Source: Thermoplasmata archaeon (GTDB lineage Archaea; Thermoplasmatota; Thermoplasmata; Lutacidiplasmatales; UBA184). Taken from it: a stretch of 64,000 bases of DNA. The notes under the pieces are model-generated. The model was not told where the DNA came from. It made no database searches and saw nothing but the letters and a program-made list of their open reading frames with translations. Numbering within the stretch: position 1 is the stretch's first letter; every line of letters begins with the position of its first letter. A program made the translations under genes and the position numbers. The DNA is taken from positions 244,672 through 308,671 of the forward strand of contig JAKIWE010000001.1 in the NCBI GenBank assembly GCA_022750195.1. The letters are read 5' to 3'. Positions 61,411 to 64,000 of the stretch are shown here, piece by piece.

Positions 61411-61557
61411 TAGTCGGTGACCTGACCCTACTTCACGCGCGGCATGTCGAAAAAGCGCTGGGTAGGCGCTCCTCATTTGGGACGTGGGCCCTCTCTCGCC
61501 TTCGCGAAGCGAAGGCGTAGAAGGGGCTAAGGGACCGCCCCGGTCGGATCCGAGCCA

Positions 61558-61630
61558 TAGCCCCGAGCGGATTCGAACCGCTGTCGCCGGCTCCAAAGGC
61601 CAGCATGCTTGGCCACTACACCACGGGGCT
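61558..61630 (-). tRNA. tRNA-Gln(UUG)
   Basis: AGCCCCG TG GTGT AGTGGCCAA GCAT G CTGGC CTTTGGA GCCGG CGAC AGCGG TTCGAAT CCGCT CGGGGCT A. 73 nt, no encoded CCA. Confidence 0.9.
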
Positions 61631-61654
61631 GTCAGCGCAACGGAGGACCGGGCG

Positions 61655-61663
61655 TAATAAACT
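61655..61663 (-). promoter_or_regulatory. TATA box candidate for tRNA-Gln (AGTTTATTA on the minus strand)
   Basis: 25-33 nt upstream of the tRNA 5' end. Confidence 0.5.
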
Positions 61664-61781
61664 CGCGGAGTCCGATGGCGTGGACCGAGGAGTGACCCCT
61701 TCGAGGAGCCTCGCTCACGTCTGGCTGTGGGGACGGCTCTTGCGCTGAAGGTTCGTGCTTGGCCACCCACCCTACTGGGAA

Positions 61782-63008
61782 TCACGCCGCCGGGGTCGCA
61801 GAGGCCTTTGCCGGAGCCCGGTTCGGCCGCACCAAGACGAGGAGGGGGAGCAGCGCAAGACAGAGTAGTCCGGTGAGGAGCCAAGCAATCAAGTAACCGT
61901 GCAGGGCCGCCACGAATCCAAAGCCGATCGCGAGCCCTCCGCCGACCATCACTTGGATCGAGTTGATCACGGCGACCCCCAACGCCAGCCCTTCCCCTTC
62001 GCTCTCCGGGAGGTAAGCCGGGATCAGGTAGAGCACGGCGAACACCATCCCGTCCACGAACCCGAGGACCGCGAACAACGGCCAGAGGACCCACAGCGGC
62101 GCGAACGGAAGACCGAGGACGAGGATGCCCGTGGCGGCCCCCAGGATCCCGATCATCCATCTCCGATCCCATCCACGCTCGGCCAACCACCCTCCCACAG
62201 GCCCCCCGGGGAAGGAGATCACGACGGTCAGCGCGGAGAGCGCCGCGGCGGTCCCGATTCCCCACTCGGGGTGGACGTCGTGCGCGTATTGTACGAAGTA
62301 CTGCGCGACCACATAGATCGCGGTCCAGAACCCGGTCAACCCGACGGACAACGCCCAGATCGAACGGGACCGCAGGACGACGCGACCGGTCGCGAGAACG
62401 GCGCTCACCGAGCGACGAACGCTCGTCGCGACCACCGGGGGAAGGACCCACGCCGCGATTGCGGTGAGCAGCCCGAGCACGAGACCGCCCACCCCGAGCG
62501 TGACCGGCCAGCCGAAGGCGGTGCCCGCCGCAGCCCCCGCGAACAGTCCGATCGCGCCCCCCACGCTGAAGCCGCCGTTGTACAGCCCGACGATCGGTCC
62601 GCGGACGCCGGGCGGATAGTACGAGGCGATCAAGCTCAGCGCCGGTGAGAAGAAGAACGCCGCCCCCACCCCGGCTCCGAAGCGCGCCAGGGCGAGCCAG
62701 GTCCAAGTAGGAGCCAACGCGGAAAGGGCGCAACACACCGACATCGCGGCGAGTCCCGCCAGCGAGACACGACGAGCGTCCCAACGGATCGAGGCGAGCC
62801 CCGCGGGGACCTGGAAGAGCCCTACGCCGAGAAGAAACAGCCCAAGAACGAGACCGAGCTCCGCCGTGCTGGCCCCGAGACCAGCTCCGATCAGGGGAAG
62901 GACGGCGCCGACATTGTACCAGTTGAACGCGTAGACGACACGAGCGACGAACAGCGCGGCCGCGGGTCGGGTCCGTTGACCCGGCGGGAGCACCACCTCG
63001 CGGCTCAC
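61782..63008 (-). CDS. MFS transporter
   Basis: 12 hydrophobic segments. FQVPAGLASIRWDARRV loop motif. Confidence 0.85.
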   Translation of the reverse strand: MSREVVLPPGQRTRPAAALFVARVVYAFNWYNVGAVLPLIGAGLGASTAELGLVLGLFLLGVGLFQVPAGLASIRWDARRVSLAGLAAMSVCCALSALAPTWTWLALARFGAGVGAAFFFSPALSLIASYYPPGVRGPIVGLYNGGFSVGGAIGLFAGAAAGTAFGWPVTLGVGGLVLGLLTAIAAWVLPPVVATSVRRSVSAVLATGRVVLRSRSIWALSVGLTGFWTAIYVVAQYFVQYAHDVHPEWGIGTAAALSALTVVISFPGGPVGGWLAERGWDRRWMIGILGAATGILVLGLPFAPLWVLWPLFAVLGFVDGMVFAVLYLIPAYLPESEGEGLALGVAVINSIQVMVGGGLAIGFGFVAALHGYLIAWLLTGLLCLALLPLLVLVRPNRAPAKASATPAA

Positions 63009-63949
63009 CCCGAGAGGAGGCCACGTTGCTGAAAGTACCGCAAGAGGCCCTGGGCCGCGAGATCGTAGCTGGAGATCATCTCGCCCCGGCGCTCGTCCGG
63101 TGGGACCGCCTCCGCTGCGCGGGCGGCGGCCGCCTCGTACTCGCGCAGCACCGTCGCGATCGCCTCGATCTCAGGGCGAATCCTGGCTTCGGCCAGAGCG
63201 GCGTCGCGCCACCCGCTGACGGCCGCGCGGTACCGTTGAAGCTCCTCGGAGGCGTGGTCCCTCGCGCCGAAATGGCTGTAGAGCAGACGCTCGGGAGCCA
63301 ACTCGCCCATGCGGTCGAGGCTGCCGAAGAGGAGCTCGAGGTCCAGGTCCGGTGGCGGGACGGCCGGCCGCGGCCGCCAGGAGCCGGCGAGGCGCACCCC
63401 CGCCGAGTCTCCGGTGAACAGCCCCCGCGATCCTGAGTCGAAGAACGACAGATGGTGCTTGGCATGACCGGGCGTCGCGATTGCTTCGAGGTGTCCGCCG
63501 GCGACCTCGAAGCTCTCGCCGCCCTGTAGGGCGATCAGGCGCTCGGAGGGGATCGCGACCATAGGCCCCCACAAGGCGTCGGCGGCCGGGCCCCAGGCCC
63601 GGCGCGCGCTCTCGACAAGGCGCTCGGGCGCGAGCAGGTGGCGGCGGCCGAGCTCGTGCACGTAGAACGTAGCTGCTGGCAGCGCCTCGACGAGGCTCCC
63701 CGCACCGCCGGCGTGGTCGAGGTGAATGTGGGTGAGGAACACGCGACGGACTTCCGGGGGCTCCACTCCGGCCGCGGAAAGGGCTGCGAGCAGCGAACCG
63801 TGGCACGTGGTCGGCCCGGTCTCCACGATCGAGTAGCCGTCGCTCTGGGGGACGAGGTAACTAGCGATCAGGCCGGGCTCTCCCCGGAAGCGGAGGTCGA
63901 GCAGCCGTCGACCGGAGCCGAGCTCCGTTACGACCGGTCCCGACGGCAT
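63005..63949 (-). CDS. Metallo-beta-lactamase fold hydrolase
   Basis: VFLTHIHLDHAGGAGSL and ATPGHAKHH motifs. 4-nt overlap with the MFS gene. Confidence 0.85.
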   Translation of the reverse strand: MPSGPVVTELGSGRRLLDLRFRGEPGLIASYLVPQSDGYSIVETGPTTCHGSLLAALSAAGVEPPEVRRVFLTHIHLDHAGGAGSLVEALPAATFYVHELGRRHLLAPERLVESARRAWGPAADALWGPMVAIPSERLIALQGGESFEVAGGHLEAIATPGHAKHHLSFFDSGSRGLFTGDSAGVRLAGSWRPRPAVPPPDLDLELLFGSLDRMGELAPERLLYSHFGARDHASEELQRYRAAVSGWRDAALAEARIRPEIEAIATVLREYEAAAARAAEAVPPDERRGEMISSYDLAAQGLLRYFQQRGLLSG

Positions 63950-64000
63950 GACGATCAGAACGGCGGCACCGACGGAATGCTCAGCACCGCGTAGGCGTAC

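Overview
High-GC (roughly two-thirds G+C by eye), densely packed archaeal chromosomal segment. The archaeal assignment rests on a group II chaperonin (thermosome), TFB, aIF5B, SMC-ScpA-ScpB, archaeal-type UPP synthase, a Dpo4-like Y-family polymerase, TruD/Pus7, a Nog1-like GTPase, a beta-CASP RNase and archaeal-type tRNAs. I cannot place the lineage more finely without a database search. About 65 protein genes are supportable, and many are joined by 4-nt ATGA/GTGA/TTGA stop-start overlaps. Most of the long ORFs in the six-frame track are antisense or out-of-frame artefacts of the high GC content. Gene content is mainly housekeeping: chromosome segregation, glycine cleavage P-protein, PFK, NAD kinase, translation and transcription factors. 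There is also a cell-surface glycan cluster (uppS, two epimerases, two GT4) and several small-molecule tailoring and export genes. The most unusual items follow. (1) A tRNA-Asp(GUC) gene whose T-loop carries a ~28-nt insert, a candidate non-canonical intron. (2) A tRNA-Gln(UUG) followed by two partial direct copies of its own 3' end, next to an A/T-richer decayed islet (58.3-61.6 kb) holding a toxin-antitoxin remnant and a frameshifted pseudogene. (3) A translationally coupled pair of KaiC/RadA-like genes, one with a dead Walker A and one canonical, just upstream of the Y-family polymerase. (4) Two membrane proteins that each end in a CxxC-x10-CxxC zinc ribbon. No CRISPR array, rRNA gene, transposase or integrase was seen. 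All non-track coordinates were derived by hand and may be off by 1-2 nt.
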